Assembly: GCA_049604715.1 (NCBI GenBank)
Contig: JBMYTV010000003.1
Location: 4,228-68,227 of the forward strand
DNA: 64,000 bases
Source of the DNA: Patescibacteria group bacterium
GTDB lineage: Bacteria > Patescibacteriota > Patescibacteriia > S139-126 > S139-133
Direction: 5' to 3'
The position numbers were made by a program, and so were the translations under genes. Numbering within the stretch: the first letter of the stretch is position 1; each line of letters begins with the position of its first letter. The notes under the pieces were generated by a model, which did no database searches, had not been told where the DNA came from, and saw only the letters and a list, made by a program, of their open reading frames with translations. Of the stretch, positions 47,789 through 57,510 are shown one piece after another.

Positions 47789-48676
47789 TCACTTTTTCGG
47801 TCTAATAAGGCCGCCTTTTTTCCGGCCAACTTTTGACTTCATCTCGCCGGTTGAAACCACATCGGCATTGACAGGCATGCCAACCCAATAACTTCCACGC
47901 GATTTCTTTCCTGATCCCGGTCTCCTTTCAGCAAGACCAGTTCGGTAAAAGTTGCTTAAGAAGTTTGAGACATCATGGGGAGTAGGAAAACAGTCTGTTT
48001 TCCCAGCTAGTTTCTTACGTAAGCCAAGCGTCTTAATCTCATAAAAAAGAACCTTAACGCCCCGAACCTCTTTGCCATTCACAACTAATGGCTTTTCTTC
48101 AGCAGACTTTGGATTTGTGTTAACCCGACAATTTAATAACGCCTGATAACCGTAAAAATTGCACTTGCTGATTTTGATCTGGATCCTGTCCTTTTCACGT
48201 GTAACTTCTACTTTAGTGTCCGACTTTTGGCGGGTAACCTGTACCGGTTTTATGAAGTTAACCTTTCTTTTCTTTTGAGCCGACTTACGGTCCTTTGCTT
48301 TAATGGCAGTAATTCTCCTCACAATACCAGGATACCGGACTGGAACTGCATCGTCCTTGATGCCGAGTAGTTGGCAGGCCACGGAAAAAGCTTCCTGGGC
48401 TTGCTCTGCATCCAAATATTTGCCGCCACCATTCTTGATGGTGATTTTGCCATCCCTCAAGCTGGATAGCCTGTTACCTTCAAGAAACCATCTTACAACT
48501 TGCGTGAGGTACATCTTTACATGATGCCCTCTACCCCGCTTCGTTGACATAATAGCAAGAATCCGGTCAGCATCACCGATGATCTTCTGCCAATTCTTGG
48601 ACTCAATGTCCTTAGCGATTCTATTCCTGTCTGTATCTGCAGCAGGCGCAATCAAAATATCAACTTGTCTTAACAT
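47789..48676 (-). CDS. Hypothetical highly basic protein (island orf1)
   Basis: 295 aa, Lys/Arg-rich C-terminal tail. The local GC is visibly higher than in neighbouring genes. No recognisable family. Confidence 0.4.
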   Translation of the reverse strand: MLRQVDILIAPAADTDRNRIAKDIESKNWQKIIGDADRILAIMSTKRGRGHHVKMYLTQVVRWFLEGNRLSSLRDGKITIKNGGGKYLDAEQAQEAFSVACQLLGIKDDAVPVRYPGIVRRITAIKAKDRKSAQKKRKVNFIKPVQVTRQKSDTKVEVTREKDRIQIKISKCNFYGYQALLNCRVNTNPKSAEEKPLVVNGKEVRGVKVLFYEIKTLGLRKKLAGKTDCFPTPHDVSNFLSNFYRTGLAERRPGSGKKSRGSYWVGMPVNADVVSTGEMKSKVGRKKGGLIRPKK

Positions 48677-48769
48677 AAGTCTTTCCCTCTATGTTTTACA
48701 TTGTACATGAGCCAATTAGTAACAGCATACTTTACTAATTTTACGTAAAATTGTCAAGGCAAAATTAAA

Positions 48770-48790
48770 ACACCTACTTTTTGCAGGTGT
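48770..48790 (-). terminator. Hairpin terminator after island orf2
   Basis: acacct..ttttt..aggtgt hairpin. The minus-strand reading is followed by TTTAATTTTG. Confidence 0.45.
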
Positions 48791-48809
48791 CCTATAATTC
48801 TAAATATCA

Positions 48810-49952
48810 CTAACCTTTCAATGTTTTGATAGCCTTTTGCAGGTCTGCCAAAGATTTTGTCCGGCGTCCTATGGAATCCTCTACAGCTGCCGGCATATCA
48901 TGACCATCAGACTTAAGGAGCATACCTACTTTCCTTAGCCCGTTACGCTCGATGCAAAGCTTACACATAGCTGTTGCAAGAGTGAAAATTGCCCCGGGTA
49001 CACTCGGTTTGACTAAGCTTGATTCAGATCGTTTCTTCGGCCTCTTCTTTTTCTTGTCTTGACCCGACACTATCAAACCTGTCTTACCACTAGACTTAAT
49101 CGGCTTGATCAGCGAAGTGGCAGCTTCCTGCTCACCAGATTTCGGCAAGAGAACATAAACACGGGGGTTATTTTTCTGACTCGGCTGGTAAAGTAATCCG
49201 GTTTTCTTGAGCCGGTTAACCAAAATGCGGGCTGACTCTGTGGTCTTTGCAAAACCTGCATCAACCAACTGCTGAAGAACTCCCTTCAACACCCACGGAA
49301 GTATCTTATACTGACGTGAATTATGAGTAGTCTCGTAACCAGAAGCCTGAACTTTACCTCGCAAAAATACCAAAATCCTTTTATCTTTTTCCGCGGTATC
49401 CTTTCGTTTCTTGCGACTCTTTTTAGCGCTTGGCTGGATCAATGTCTTTTCCTGACTACCGGATTTGGAATATAGATCATGCAAGCTATTGAGGATGAAC
49501 TGATCTCCAGGCAGAATATTGATGGTATCCTTGTCAGTTACACCCACAATTGCGCAGGCGATTCCAATAGACCGCTCAATTTCGTGCGGGGTCATGTCCG
49601 GACAGGCGCTTATCTGAGACTTTTTTCTCTCATCAAAGATATGGCCATGTAAAAACATCTCCATAACATCCTTGAAACAAAGCGGTGGGTGCGAAACCTT
49701 TCTTGAACGCGCGCCGCCACCGGCTTTGACCTTGACCTGCTTAAGAAGATCATCGCACCGACTTAACCGTCGCCAAAATTTTTCTTCATTACCAATAATT
49801 TTGAACTGCTTGTACAACAAGTTGTATAGCCTAATACGATGACGAGAGCTCGGGTTGTCCGCAGCGTCTGGATGGTAAATTACCACGTTTCTGTTACTAG
49901 GGAGACCTGGCATAGATCCTCCTTGTGAATTAATCAGTGGATATTGAATCAA
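48810..49952 (-). CDS. Hypothetical highly basic protein (island orf2)
   Basis: 380 aa with KK/RK-rich stretches (SAKKSRKKRKD, DKKKKRPKKR). No recognisable catalytic motif. Confidence 0.4.
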   Translation of the reverse strand: MIQYPLINSQGGSMPGLPSNRNVVIYHPDAADNPSSRHRIRLYNLLYKQFKIIGNEEKFWRRLSRCDDLLKQVKVKAGGGARSRKVSHPPLCFKDVMEMFLHGHIFDERKKSQISACPDMTPHEIERSIGIACAIVGVTDKDTINILPGDQFILNSLHDLYSKSGSQEKTLIQPSAKKSRKKRKDTAEKDKRILVFLRGKVQASGYETTHNSRQYKILPWVLKGVLQQLVDAGFAKTTESARILVNRLKKTGLLYQPSQKNNPRVYVLLPKSGEQEAATSLIKPIKSSGKTGLIVSGQDKKKKRPKKRSESSLVKPSVPGAIFTLATAMCKLCIERNGLRKVGMLLKSDGHDMPAAVEDSIGRRTKSLADLQKAIKTLKG

Positions 49953-50012
49953 TTAATGTGCTATCTACATCTTGTGACTATAAATGATACCTAATATTAG
50001 CCAAAACGTCAA

Positions 50013-50035
50013 CAAATCCGCCCAGGGCGGATTTG
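50013..50035 (-). terminator. Hairpin terminator after SPFH gene
   Basis: caaatccgccc-ag-ggcggatttg GC-rich stem. The minus-strand reading is followed by TTGACGTTTTGG. Confidence 0.45.
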
Positions 50036-50072
50036 CTGTATTTGGATAAACTATGTAAATTCTTCTCTAATA

Positions 50073-50813
50073 TTAGCCCTTTGCAACCTTTTCAAATGCC
50101 CTTAGTACCTCAAGTGGGAGAGCAAAAATCACTGTATTTGACTGATCAGAACTCAAGTCATTAAGCGTATTTAGTGTACGCAAGTGAAGCGCTCCAGTTT
50201 GCTCATGAAGCATTTGTGCTGCATGCGCAAGATTACCTGCTGCCTCAACCTCACCCGATGACTTAATCACCACAGCTCGTCTCTCACGTTCAGCTTCTGC
50301 TTGTTTTGCAATCACACGTTGCATTTCATCTGGTAGTATCACATCTTTGAGCTCTACAGTCTCAACGCTAATGCCCCATGGATCAGTTGCTTTATCTACA
50401 ATCTCTTTAATACGCTGTGCAGCTGCGTCACGGTTTGCCAAAAGCTCATCAAGCTCAAGCTCACCACATACGTTACGCATAGTGGTTTGCGCTAACTGCG
50501 ATACTGCAAAACGAAAATTCTCTACCTCAAGCACAGCCTTTGCAGAATCAACTACCTTGTAATAAATCACTGCATTTATCTTTGCAGATACATTATCTTT
50601 GGTAATAGCTTCTTGAAAAGGTACATCTACTGCTTTGACGCGGATATCTACCTTTGTCATGCTCTGAATAATCGGGAAAATCAAACGCCAGCCTGGGTTT
50701 ATGGTTTTGACATACTTACCCAGTTGAAATTTAACTCCTCGCTGGTATTGATTGACTTGTCTGATGCTGATAATCAGTAGAAAGACAATAATACCTAAAA
50801 TTGTTTGCCACAT
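50073..50813 (-). CDS. SPFH/Band-7 (stomatin-like) membrane protein
   Basis: N-terminal TM helix, an SPFH core (VDIRVKAVDVPFQEAITKDNVSAKINAVIYYKV), and a coiled-coil region AKQAEAERERRA. Confidence 0.85.
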   Translation of the reverse strand: MWQTILGIIVFLLIISIRQVNQYQRGVKFQLGKYVKTINPGWRLIFPIIQSMTKVDIRVKAVDVPFQEAITKDNVSAKINAVIYYKVVDSAKAVLEVENFRFAVSQLAQTTMRNVCGELELDELLANRDAAAQRIKEIVDKATDPWGISVETVELKDVILPDEMQRVIAKQAEAERERRAVVIKSSGEVEAAGNLAHAAQMLHEQTGALHLRTLNTLNDLSSDQSNTVIFALPLEVLRAFEKVAKG

Positions 50814-50845
50814 ACTGTTTTGGCTAATAATTATAGATGAATGGA

Positions 50846-51439
50846 CTATCCTTCAAAATTAATCCATTCGTTATTTTTTTCAAAATTTTTATAATACTTA
50901 CTTGCTTGCGGCTTTGTTGCTCCATAGTATTTACTATTGAGCTTATCCTTTCCATAGGCAACTGATGCTGGGCTAGATAGAGGACTAAATGAAATCTGCG
51001 CTATCGGCATCTTATAATACAACTGAACGGGCAAATTGGCAATATTATGAAGCTCTAGAGTAATTTTGAGCTTATTACCTGGATCAATATACCCAGCAGT
51101 TGCGTGCACAATAATACCTACGCGCCCAAGTGAGCTCTTTCCCTCTAGCCTTCCTACCATATCTTCAGGAACACCAATAATCTCATATGTCATGCCAAGT
51201 GCAAATTCACGCGGATGCAGCACAAAAGGCCTATCCTTATCAATACTCACCTCCTCCATCATATCATCAAGTGGCTCTCTGAGATCAATAGATGTGTGAT
51301 TGTCATTACGAAAAACCAAGAAGTCACTACCTAAGTGCAGATCTACAGATGCTGGCTGGATGCTATTTGGAAACAATGGATCAATAACGATCTTGCCTTC
51401 GTCAATACTTTTTTGAATGTCTTTGTCAGATAAAATCAT
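50846..51439 (-). CDS. dcd: dCTP deaminase
   Basis: MILSDKDIQKSIDEGKIVIDPL N-terminus and the dUTPase-fold motif GxIDPGN (AGYIDPGNKL). Confidence 0.85.
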   Translation of the reverse strand: MILSDKDIQKSIDEGKIVIDPLFPNSIQPASVDLHLGSDFLVFRNDNHTSIDLREPLDDMMEEVSIDKDRPFVLHPREFALGMTYEIIGVPEDMVGRLEGKSSLGRVGIIVHATAGYIDPGNKLKITLELHNIANLPVQLYYKMPIAQISFSPLSSPASVAYGKDKLNSKYYGATKPQASKYYKNFEKNNEWINFEG

Positions 51440-51499
51440 AAATTACATGTCATTAATACGTTGTTTTAAGATATTCTCTTCATTTAATTCAATTAAGCC

Positions 51500-51961
51500 C
51501 TAGTTAACCCTTGAATCTATGTGACTATTTTCTCTCTTATCTCCTGATATATGATCAATAAAAGGCTTGGTTGTTGGTAAAAACGTCAAACTTTTAGCAT
51601 CTTTAAGTTCGACCCATTTCAGCTCATTTATCTTCGGGTCATTGTTGCTTAATTCGCCACTAATCAAGTCACAAAGATAACAAATGACAACTGTATGCAT
51701 AGAATATTCTGTATGATGCCAAGTCCTCGAAGTTGTTAATGGTAACAAACTCTTTACACTCACCCCTAACCCTGTCTCCTCTTTTATTTCACGAACAACC
51801 GTTTCTTCTAAAGACTCGCCAAATTCATTTTTGCCGCCAGGAAAATCCCACTTTAAGTGTGCAGTAGATACAGCTGGATCAAACCGTTGGCTTACCAATA
51901 TAGCACCATCAGAATTAACGACAGCCCCTAAAACTACAAAAAAGTGCTTTCTATTCTCCAT
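51500..51961 (-). CDS. Nudix hydrolase
   Basis: Nudix box GGKNEFGESLEETVVREIKEETGL. Confidence 0.85.
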   Translation of the reverse strand: MENRKHFFVVLGAVVNSDGAILVSQRFDPAVSTAHLKWDFPGGKNEFGESLEETVVREIKEETGLGVSVKSLLPLTTSRTWHHTEYSMHTVVICYLCDLISGELSNNDPKINELKWVELKDAKSLTFLPTTKPFIDHISGDKRENSHIDSRVN

Positions 51962-51966
51962 AATAA

Positions 51967-53463
51967 CTATACTAATTTACTTTGTAACAAATCTTTCACT
52001 GCTTTAGGGTCAGCCTTACCTTTTGATTCCTTCATAACCATACCAAGCAAAAACTGTATCACTGGCTCTTTACCACCCTTGTACTCCTCCACCTGATCTG
52101 GATAAGCAGCAATAACCGCATCTACCCATTTTTGCAAGTCATCTGCATTGTCAGACTGAGCTAAATCTTTCTCTGACATAATATCAGATGGGTCAGTGCC
52201 ATTTTCGAACATTTCTTTTAAAATAATCTGAGCATTTGTTGAGTTCACTTTATTGGTAAATACAAGTGTCAAAAACTCAGCAAAATTCTCAGGTGTTATA
52301 GGAATACTACCAAAGTTCATCTGCTTTTGGTTAAGTAGTTTGAACATGTTTGTCAACACCCATCCTGACACAAGCTTACAGAGTTTCTTTTTGTGAGCTT
52401 CCCAAATCTCATCAGCTGTTCCCTCAATAGTATCTTGCGCCTCTATCCACGCTTTAAGCTCTGAGATAACTTGCTCAACATAGCTTGTCAGTTCTCTATC
52501 TTGAGCTATGACCATAACGTCCTCGAGTGAGAACGCGTATTCCTCAAGCAGACGTAAACGACGCGACTGTGGCAACTCTGGTAATGACGCTCGTATTTCT
52601 TGTATATAGTCTTCAGTAACATGCAAAGGAGGGATATCTGGCTCTGGGAAATACCGATAATCGCTAGCCTCTTCTTTTGTCCGCTGCTCAACTGTCTCGC
52701 CCACATCATCATCCCACCCACGAGTTGTGAGTATATCTGGTGGTGTTCCTTCATCCCAAAGCCGCGCTTGCCGTTTTTGCTCAAACAAAAGCGCCTTCTC
52801 AACCGCCTTAAATGAGTTAATGTTTTTTATTTCCGTCTTTGCGTATAGTTTTTTGTCGCCTACTGGTCTAAGTGAAATATTTGCATCACATCTGAGCTGA
52901 CCTTTTTCCATATCTGCATCAGAAACACCAGTCTGCCGCATAATCATACGAAGTTCTTGTAAAAACAGTTTGGCTTGTAGTGGATTTTCAATATCAGGCT
53001 TGGTAACGATCTCCATCAAGCTCATTCCTGATCTGTTAAAATCAATTTTTGCCTTGCCAGATTCATGAATATTCTTAGCTGTATCCTCTTCCAAGTGAAG
53101 CCTCTCTATAGCAACACGCTTTATATCACCACCCACAAAAAACTCTACAAACCCCTCCTCAGCAAGTGGTTTGTCATACTGTGAAATCTGATAACCTTTT
53201 GGCAAATCAGGATAAAAATAACTCTTACGATCAAACTTTGAAAATTCGCGTACCTGGCAGTTGATAGCAAGTGCTGCTTTTACGCCAAAAGCTACTGCCT
53301 GCTTATTTAAAACTGGCAGTGTCCCAGGGTGTCCAAGTGAAATCGGAGAGATTGATGAATTTGGCTTATCTGGATCAAAAATAGTTGGATCAGCACAAAA
53401 CATCTTTGACTGTGTTTTGGGCTGTACATGTATTTCCAATCCTATAACTGTTTCATATTGCAT
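51967..53463 (-). CDS. gatB: Asp/Glu-tRNA amidotransferase subunit B
   Basis: MQYETVIGLEIHVQ N-terminus, a C-terminal YqeY-like helical domain, and a 498-aa length. Confidence 0.9.
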   Translation of the reverse strand: MQYETVIGLEIHVQPKTQSKMFCADPTIFDPDKPNSSISPISLGHPGTLPVLNKQAVAFGVKAALAINCQVREFSKFDRKSYFYPDLPKGYQISQYDKPLAEEGFVEFFVGGDIKRVAIERLHLEEDTAKNIHESGKAKIDFNRSGMSLMEIVTKPDIENPLQAKLFLQELRMIMRQTGVSDADMEKGQLRCDANISLRPVGDKKLYAKTEIKNINSFKAVEKALLFEQKRQARLWDEGTPPDILTTRGWDDDVGETVEQRTKEEASDYRYFPEPDIPPLHVTEDYIQEIRASLPELPQSRRLRLLEEYAFSLEDVMVIAQDRELTSYVEQVISELKAWIEAQDTIEGTADEIWEAHKKKLCKLVSGWVLTNMFKLLNQKQMNFGSIPITPENFAEFLTLVFTNKVNSTNAQIILKEMFENGTDPSDIMSEKDLAQSDNADDLQKWVDAVIAAYPDQVEEYKGGKEPVIQFLLGMVMKESKGKADPKAVKDLLQSKLV

Positions 53464-53576
53464 GATTCAATTGTACCTTATTTTAAGCCTAAAAAAAAGC
53501 TTTTTTGACAGAAAAGCAGAAGTATACTCTAATTAAGAAAATAATATATTGTTGCATATAAAATGGGTCAAAATGG

Positions 53577-54242
53577 TCAGTTTTTTATATGCTTTCGGAT
53601 ATCATCTTGTATATCATCTGGCGTTCGAAGAACACCTTCTTGATCACATGGTATGCGTATCCATTCTTTTTGACGCTCAGCCACAAAAGCATACCCTGCT
53701 CGGGCTTTTTCTAAATGATCAGCATTTTCTAAGCCATCCAAATCACCATCTATGTATGCCTTTTCATCCCGACCATGTAGCAACTTCATTGCGAGCTCAA
53801 CTGGCATATCAAGCCAAAAAACTTTAGCTGGTCTTGGAATGCCAAATATATTGTACTCAACCTTTTCCAGCCAGTGCAAAAACGCCAATTTTTCCTCATC
53901 ATCTTGTAGCTTGCCTAGTTGGTGTCCCATATTTGCGGTTGCGTAACGGTCAAGCAGTACCCAATAACCATCTTCAAGCCATGCCTTGAGCATTGTTTTT
54001 GTCTCAAACCTGTTAAATGCGTACAAAAGTGAAGCAAGCTTGGGATCTATTTCACTTGCAGGCCCAAACTCATTATTTAGATACGATGTAACCAACTCAC
54101 CGCTTATACAATCATCATACTGCGGATACTTAAATGACTTGTACTTCTGCCCCCTAGCCTCAAGCCAGGCAACAAACAAGTCATATTGCGTAGACTTACC
54201 AGATCCGTCAATACCCTCGAATACATAAATACCTGGTTTCAT
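53577..54242 (-). CDS. tmk: Thymidylate kinase
   Basis: P-loop YVFEGIDGSGKSTQ, and a LID/DRY-like region LDRYATANMGHQ. Confidence 0.85.
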   Translation of the reverse strand: MKPGIYVFEGIDGSGKSTQYDLFVAWLEARGQKYKSFKYPQYDDCISGELVTSYLNNEFGPASEIDPKLASLLYAFNRFETKTMLKAWLEDGYWVLLDRYATANMGHQLGKLQDDEEKLAFLHWLEKVEYNIFGIPRPAKVFWLDMPVELAMKLLHGRDEKAYIDGDLDGLENADHLEKARAGYAFVAERQKEWIRIPCDQEGVLRTPDDIQDDIRKHIKN

Positions 54243-54243
54243 A

Positions 54244-54711
54244 CTAGAGACGTTTATATGTTACAAAAGAAAAGTCAGTATGATCCTCTCGCTTTGTTTC
54301 AGTCCATTCATTCCAATTAAGCTTCGGGAAATGAGCATCACCTTTTGGCTTATCATGAACCTCTGTGATTTCCATCACTTCAGCCAGTGGAAATAATAGT
54401 TTATAAACAGAAGTCCCGCCAATAATATATACATCACCTTCAAGCTGCTGCACATCTTCTGGTGTGTGTATGATCTGTACTGTTGGTGGTACTGGTAAAT
54501 TCTGTTGCCTAGTTAGCACTACATTGTGCCGTCTAGGTAGTGGCTTACCAATGCGATCATAAATGCTCTCATAAGTTTTTCTACCCATAACAACAGTGTT
54601 ACCAGTTGTCAGTCGCTTAAAACGCTGCAAATCCTCTGGTAAATACCATGGTAGATCATTATCTATTCCAATAACCCCGTTGTCAGCAACGGCTGCAATA
54701 AGTGTAATCAT
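54244..54711 (-). CDS. folA: Dihydrofolate reductase
   Basis: MITLIAAVADNGVIGIDNDLPWYLPEDLQRFKRLTTGNTVVMGRKTYES is the canonical DHFR N-terminus. Confidence 0.9.
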   Translation of the reverse strand: MITLIAAVADNGVIGIDNDLPWYLPEDLQRFKRLTTGNTVVMGRKTYESIYDRIGKPLPRRHNVVLTRQQNLPVPPTVQIIHTPEDVQQLEGDVYIIGGTSVYKLLFPLAEVMEITEVHDKPKGDAHFPKLNWNEWTETKREDHTDFSFVTYKRL

Positions 54712-55580
54712 ACGGCAATATCAAATTTAATTCGTGGATAACTCTCGTACCCCACTACTTTTGAGTCAGTATACTCCCAATCAAAAATTGAGGTAAAATT
54801 TTCAGTTTCTAGTTTTGGTAGTGCGTGCTTTTGTGGATCACGGAATAACTGTTCTTTTGCTCCTTTAACATGATTTTCATATATATGCACATCACCTAAA
54901 AATCCTATGAGCTTACCCTCCTCCAAGCCAGACTCCTTTGCAAGTAAGTGAAGCAATAAAGCGTAACTAGCAATATTAAACGGCAGACCAAGCATCACAT
55001 CTACTGATCGTTGATTCCAGAGTAGATTGATCCTGTTATTTATAACAGTTACCTGAAATCCATAGTGACAAGGAGGTAATGCCATTTCATCTAACTGAAG
55101 TGGATTCCATGCACTTACAATCATCCGCCTATCATGTGGATTACTTTTTAGCGTGTCAACTACCTTTTTTAGTTGATCAATGCCTTGGTTTGTATAGTCA
55201 CTATCCCATGACTCATACTCAGCGTTAAAGTGGCGCCATTGAAACCCATAAATTGCACCCAAGTCCCTCTCCTCCATCATTTTCTTTTTACGCATCGAGT
55301 CATGACCATATGGGGCTTTTTTCGGGTATGCCCATTCATCCCAGATGTGGTTGTTTCTATCAATAAGCCACTGCTTATCAGTTATTGCTTTTATAAAAAA
55401 CTCTAACTCAGACGAAATCAACCTAAAAGGCATCTTCTTTGTAGTAAGAAGTGGAAACCCATCCTTCATGTCATGTTCAAACATTTGCCCCGCAATAGCT
55501 ATGGTATCAATACCAGTACGGTTTGATTTCTTTTCTCCAGTATCGATAATTTTTTGTACAATATCTAAATATGCTTTCAT
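54708..55580 (-). CDS. thyA: Thymidylate synthase
   Basis: MKAYLDIVQKII...NRTGIDT...PFRLIS motifs, and the catalytic region ALPPCHYGFQV. The internal Met start is preferred. A 4-nt overlap with folA. Confidence 0.9.
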   Translation of the reverse strand: MKAYLDIVQKIIDTGEKKSNRTGIDTIAIAGQMFEHDMKDGFPLLTTKKMPFRLISSELEFFIKAITDKQWLIDRNNHIWDEWAYPKKAPYGHDSMRKKKMMEERDLGAIYGFQWRHFNAEYESWDSDYTNQGIDQLKKVVDTLKSNPHDRRMIVSAWNPLQLDEMALPPCHYGFQVTVINNRINLLWNQRSVDVMLGLPFNIASYALLLHLLAKESGLEEGKLIGFLGDVHIYENHVKGAKEQLFRDPQKHALPKLETENFTSIFDWEYTDSKVVGYESYPRIKFDIAV

Positions 55581-55590
55581 AAAAATTGTA

Positions 55591-56022
55591 TTAACCTGTT
55601 GAACCAAACCCTCCGCGACTTTCAGTCTTAAAATCACCCTCAATCTCCTCCCATTCAGCCATATCTACCCGTATAAATACTCCCTGCCCAAGCCTGTCAC
55701 CTCTCTTCACTTCTATAGACTCACTAGTAGGGTTATAGACAAGAAGCTTTGCTTCATCTTCGGGCCCATGATAATCCTGATCCAAAACACCAAATCCATG
55801 GGGGATGATAAGACCAGTCTTTTTGTTCAAAGATGAACGTGCCATCACTGCAAGCATATACCCTTGTGGTACTTTTACAATGACATTAGTTGGAAGTAGT
55901 GCATATCCATGGGGATCAATAGTAGCGCCTTCGCGTAAAACCAAGTCAAAACCACAGGCACCGTCAGTTTCATACTGTGGGAGTGGTAATTCTTTATCAA
56001 CTCGTTTAATTTCTACTTTCAT
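55591..56022 (-). CDS. dut: dUTP diphosphatase
   Basis: Trimeric dUTPase motifs (ARSSLNKKTGLIIPHGFGVLDQDYHG; final RGGFGSTG). Confidence 0.85.
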   Translation of the reverse strand: MKVEIKRVDKELPLPQYETDGACGFDLVLREGATIDPHGYALLPTNVIVKVPQGYMLAVMARSSLNKKTGLIIPHGFGVLDQDYHGPEDEAKLLVYNPTSESIEVKRGDRLGQGVFIRVDMAEWEEIEGDFKTESRGGFGSTG

Positions 56023-56026
56023 ATAT

Positions 56027-56530
56027 TTATATTAAAGCAACAGCCTTATTAATTATTGAAACACTATCAATGGAATTATAGAACTTTAAATTCTCTATTT
56101 CACTAAGCGGTATCCACTCGGGCATATCCAAATACTCTTGCTCATTCTCAGCTATATTTTCGATAGAAAGTTTGCCGCTTGCTTTTTCAATAATATAATA
56201 AACCAATACTGAGTTTATAGGAGACTTGTACTTGTTTGATGTTGGCTTGTAAAAAGAACTCTTACACTCAACTATTTTACCAAGACTTTCAATATTCATA
56301 CCGGTTTCTTCAAAAAACTCGCGCCTAAGTGCCTCGTCAATTGTTTCATGAATATCAATACCACCACCCGGAAAATCATACCCATCCCACTGTTTTGATA
56401 ATAATATCTTTTCATCCTGTATATATACACCATATACGGAGGGACGCCATACCAAATCTTTGACATCAACTTCATGCTCATTCTTATCTTTATCTACACA
56501 TATTACCGTTTTTTTATCCATGTGACTCAA
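56027..56530 (-). CDS. Nudix hydrolase (second copy)
   Basis: Nudix box GGGIDIHETIDEALRREFFEETGM. Confidence 0.8.
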   Translation of the reverse strand: MSHMDKKTVICVDKDKNEHEVDVKDLVWRPSVYGVYIQDEKILLSKQWDGYDFPGGGIDIHETIDEALRREFFEETGMNIESLGKIVECKSSFYKPTSNKYKSPINSVLVYYIIEKASGKLSIENIAENEQEYLDMPEWIPLSEIENLKFYNSIDSVSIINKAVALI

Positions 56531-57089
56531 TTATACTATTTAACTCACTATAGAAATCATCCTCTAGCCCATCATTCTGTATTAATATATCAACTCTTTC
56601 CATGACTTCACGCAATCGCATACCAACACCCTCTGTAACATTCTCCTTTTCTTCCTGAGTTTTAAACTCTTCAAATGTTACTTTATCAGCCTTTTTTCCT
56701 CTACCAGTGATGCGTTCATACCGCATCTCGATCGGCGCATCAATACCAATAAGCTCGAGATCAGAATACGCATTTCGCAGTATATCAACCTCTCCTGGAT
56801 GACGAAATGATGTAATTACGATATTTTCATCGTCTACTTCTGCTAGTTTCTGGACCATCTTCTTGGCTATAACATCATTACCATGCTCAGCTCGCAAAGC
56901 ATCTGCCGTGTTTCTCCAATTATCCCGATTATGTTCAAGCCCTAGCTTCTCTGTTTCATCTCGGACAATATCAGACAAAGAAAAATGTACAAATCCATGT
57001 GATTCAAAAAAACGAGCAGCTGTATCTTTACCTGCTCCTTGGGTGCCGACTATACCAATAATGCGCTTAGTAAAATTCATCGTATTCAT
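56514..57089 (-). CDS. P-loop nucleoside/nucleotide kinase-family protein (dNMP/AAA_17-like)
   Basis: Walker A IGIVGTQGAGKDTAARFF. Small kinase fold, likely starting at the internal MNTMNF. It is adjacent to the dTMP pathway genes. Confidence 0.55.
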   Translation of the reverse strand: MNTMNFTKRIIGIVGTQGAGKDTAARFFESHGFVHFSLSDIVRDETEKLGLEHNRDNWRNTADALRAEHGNDVIAKKMVQKLAEVDDENIVITSFRHPGEVDILRNAYSDLELIGIDAPIEMRYERITGRGKKADKVTFEEFKTQEEKENVTEGVGMRLREVMERVDILIQNDGLEDDFYSELNSIIESHG

Positions 57090-57438
57090 GATACTTTTGT
57101 GTGCGTCTGCGCTGCTTGCTTCGAGTTGGTATATCAACCCAACTCCAAATCAATGAGATAAAGTAACCGTACAAAACAACTGAAACCAAATACACAGGCC
57201 CCATTACATCAGCTCCTGCGTATTCGCGTGTAACACAATAGTCCATTGCATCACATATAACATTCAAAAACCACGTAGCTGGCGCAAACAAAGTATTCAC
57301 AATAAACTGCATTTGATCGCTTACAAATACCCCGCCAAGAAGCAATCTCCCAGCAGAATAAAATGGATATAAAACAAGTGCAACTACTGCAACACTTTTA
57401 ACAAAAAACCATACCTGTTGTTTTTTCACACGTGGCAT
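57067..57438 (-). CDS. Small multi-TM membrane protein (hypothetical)
   Basis: 3-4 hydrophobic helices. It overlaps the downstream kinase gene start by ~20 nt. Confidence 0.35.
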   Translation of the reverse strand: MPRVKKQQVWFFVKSVAVVALVLYPFYSAGRLLLGGVFVSDQMQFIVNTLFAPATWFLNVICDAMDYCVTREYAGADVMGPVYLVSVVLYGYFISLIWSWVDIPTRSKQRRRTQKYHEYDEFY

Positions 57439-57510
57439 ATATATACTATAGCAAACAACACAGCCTCCCACAAAATGTGGGAGGCTGCTGTAACAATACA
57501 GTTGTATTGA

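Noticed and set aside
53549-53946. Plus-strand ORFs of 64-92 aa overlapping tmk
   Set aside because: They are antisense to a well-supported tmk gene with P-loop and LID motifs. They are shadow ORFs.
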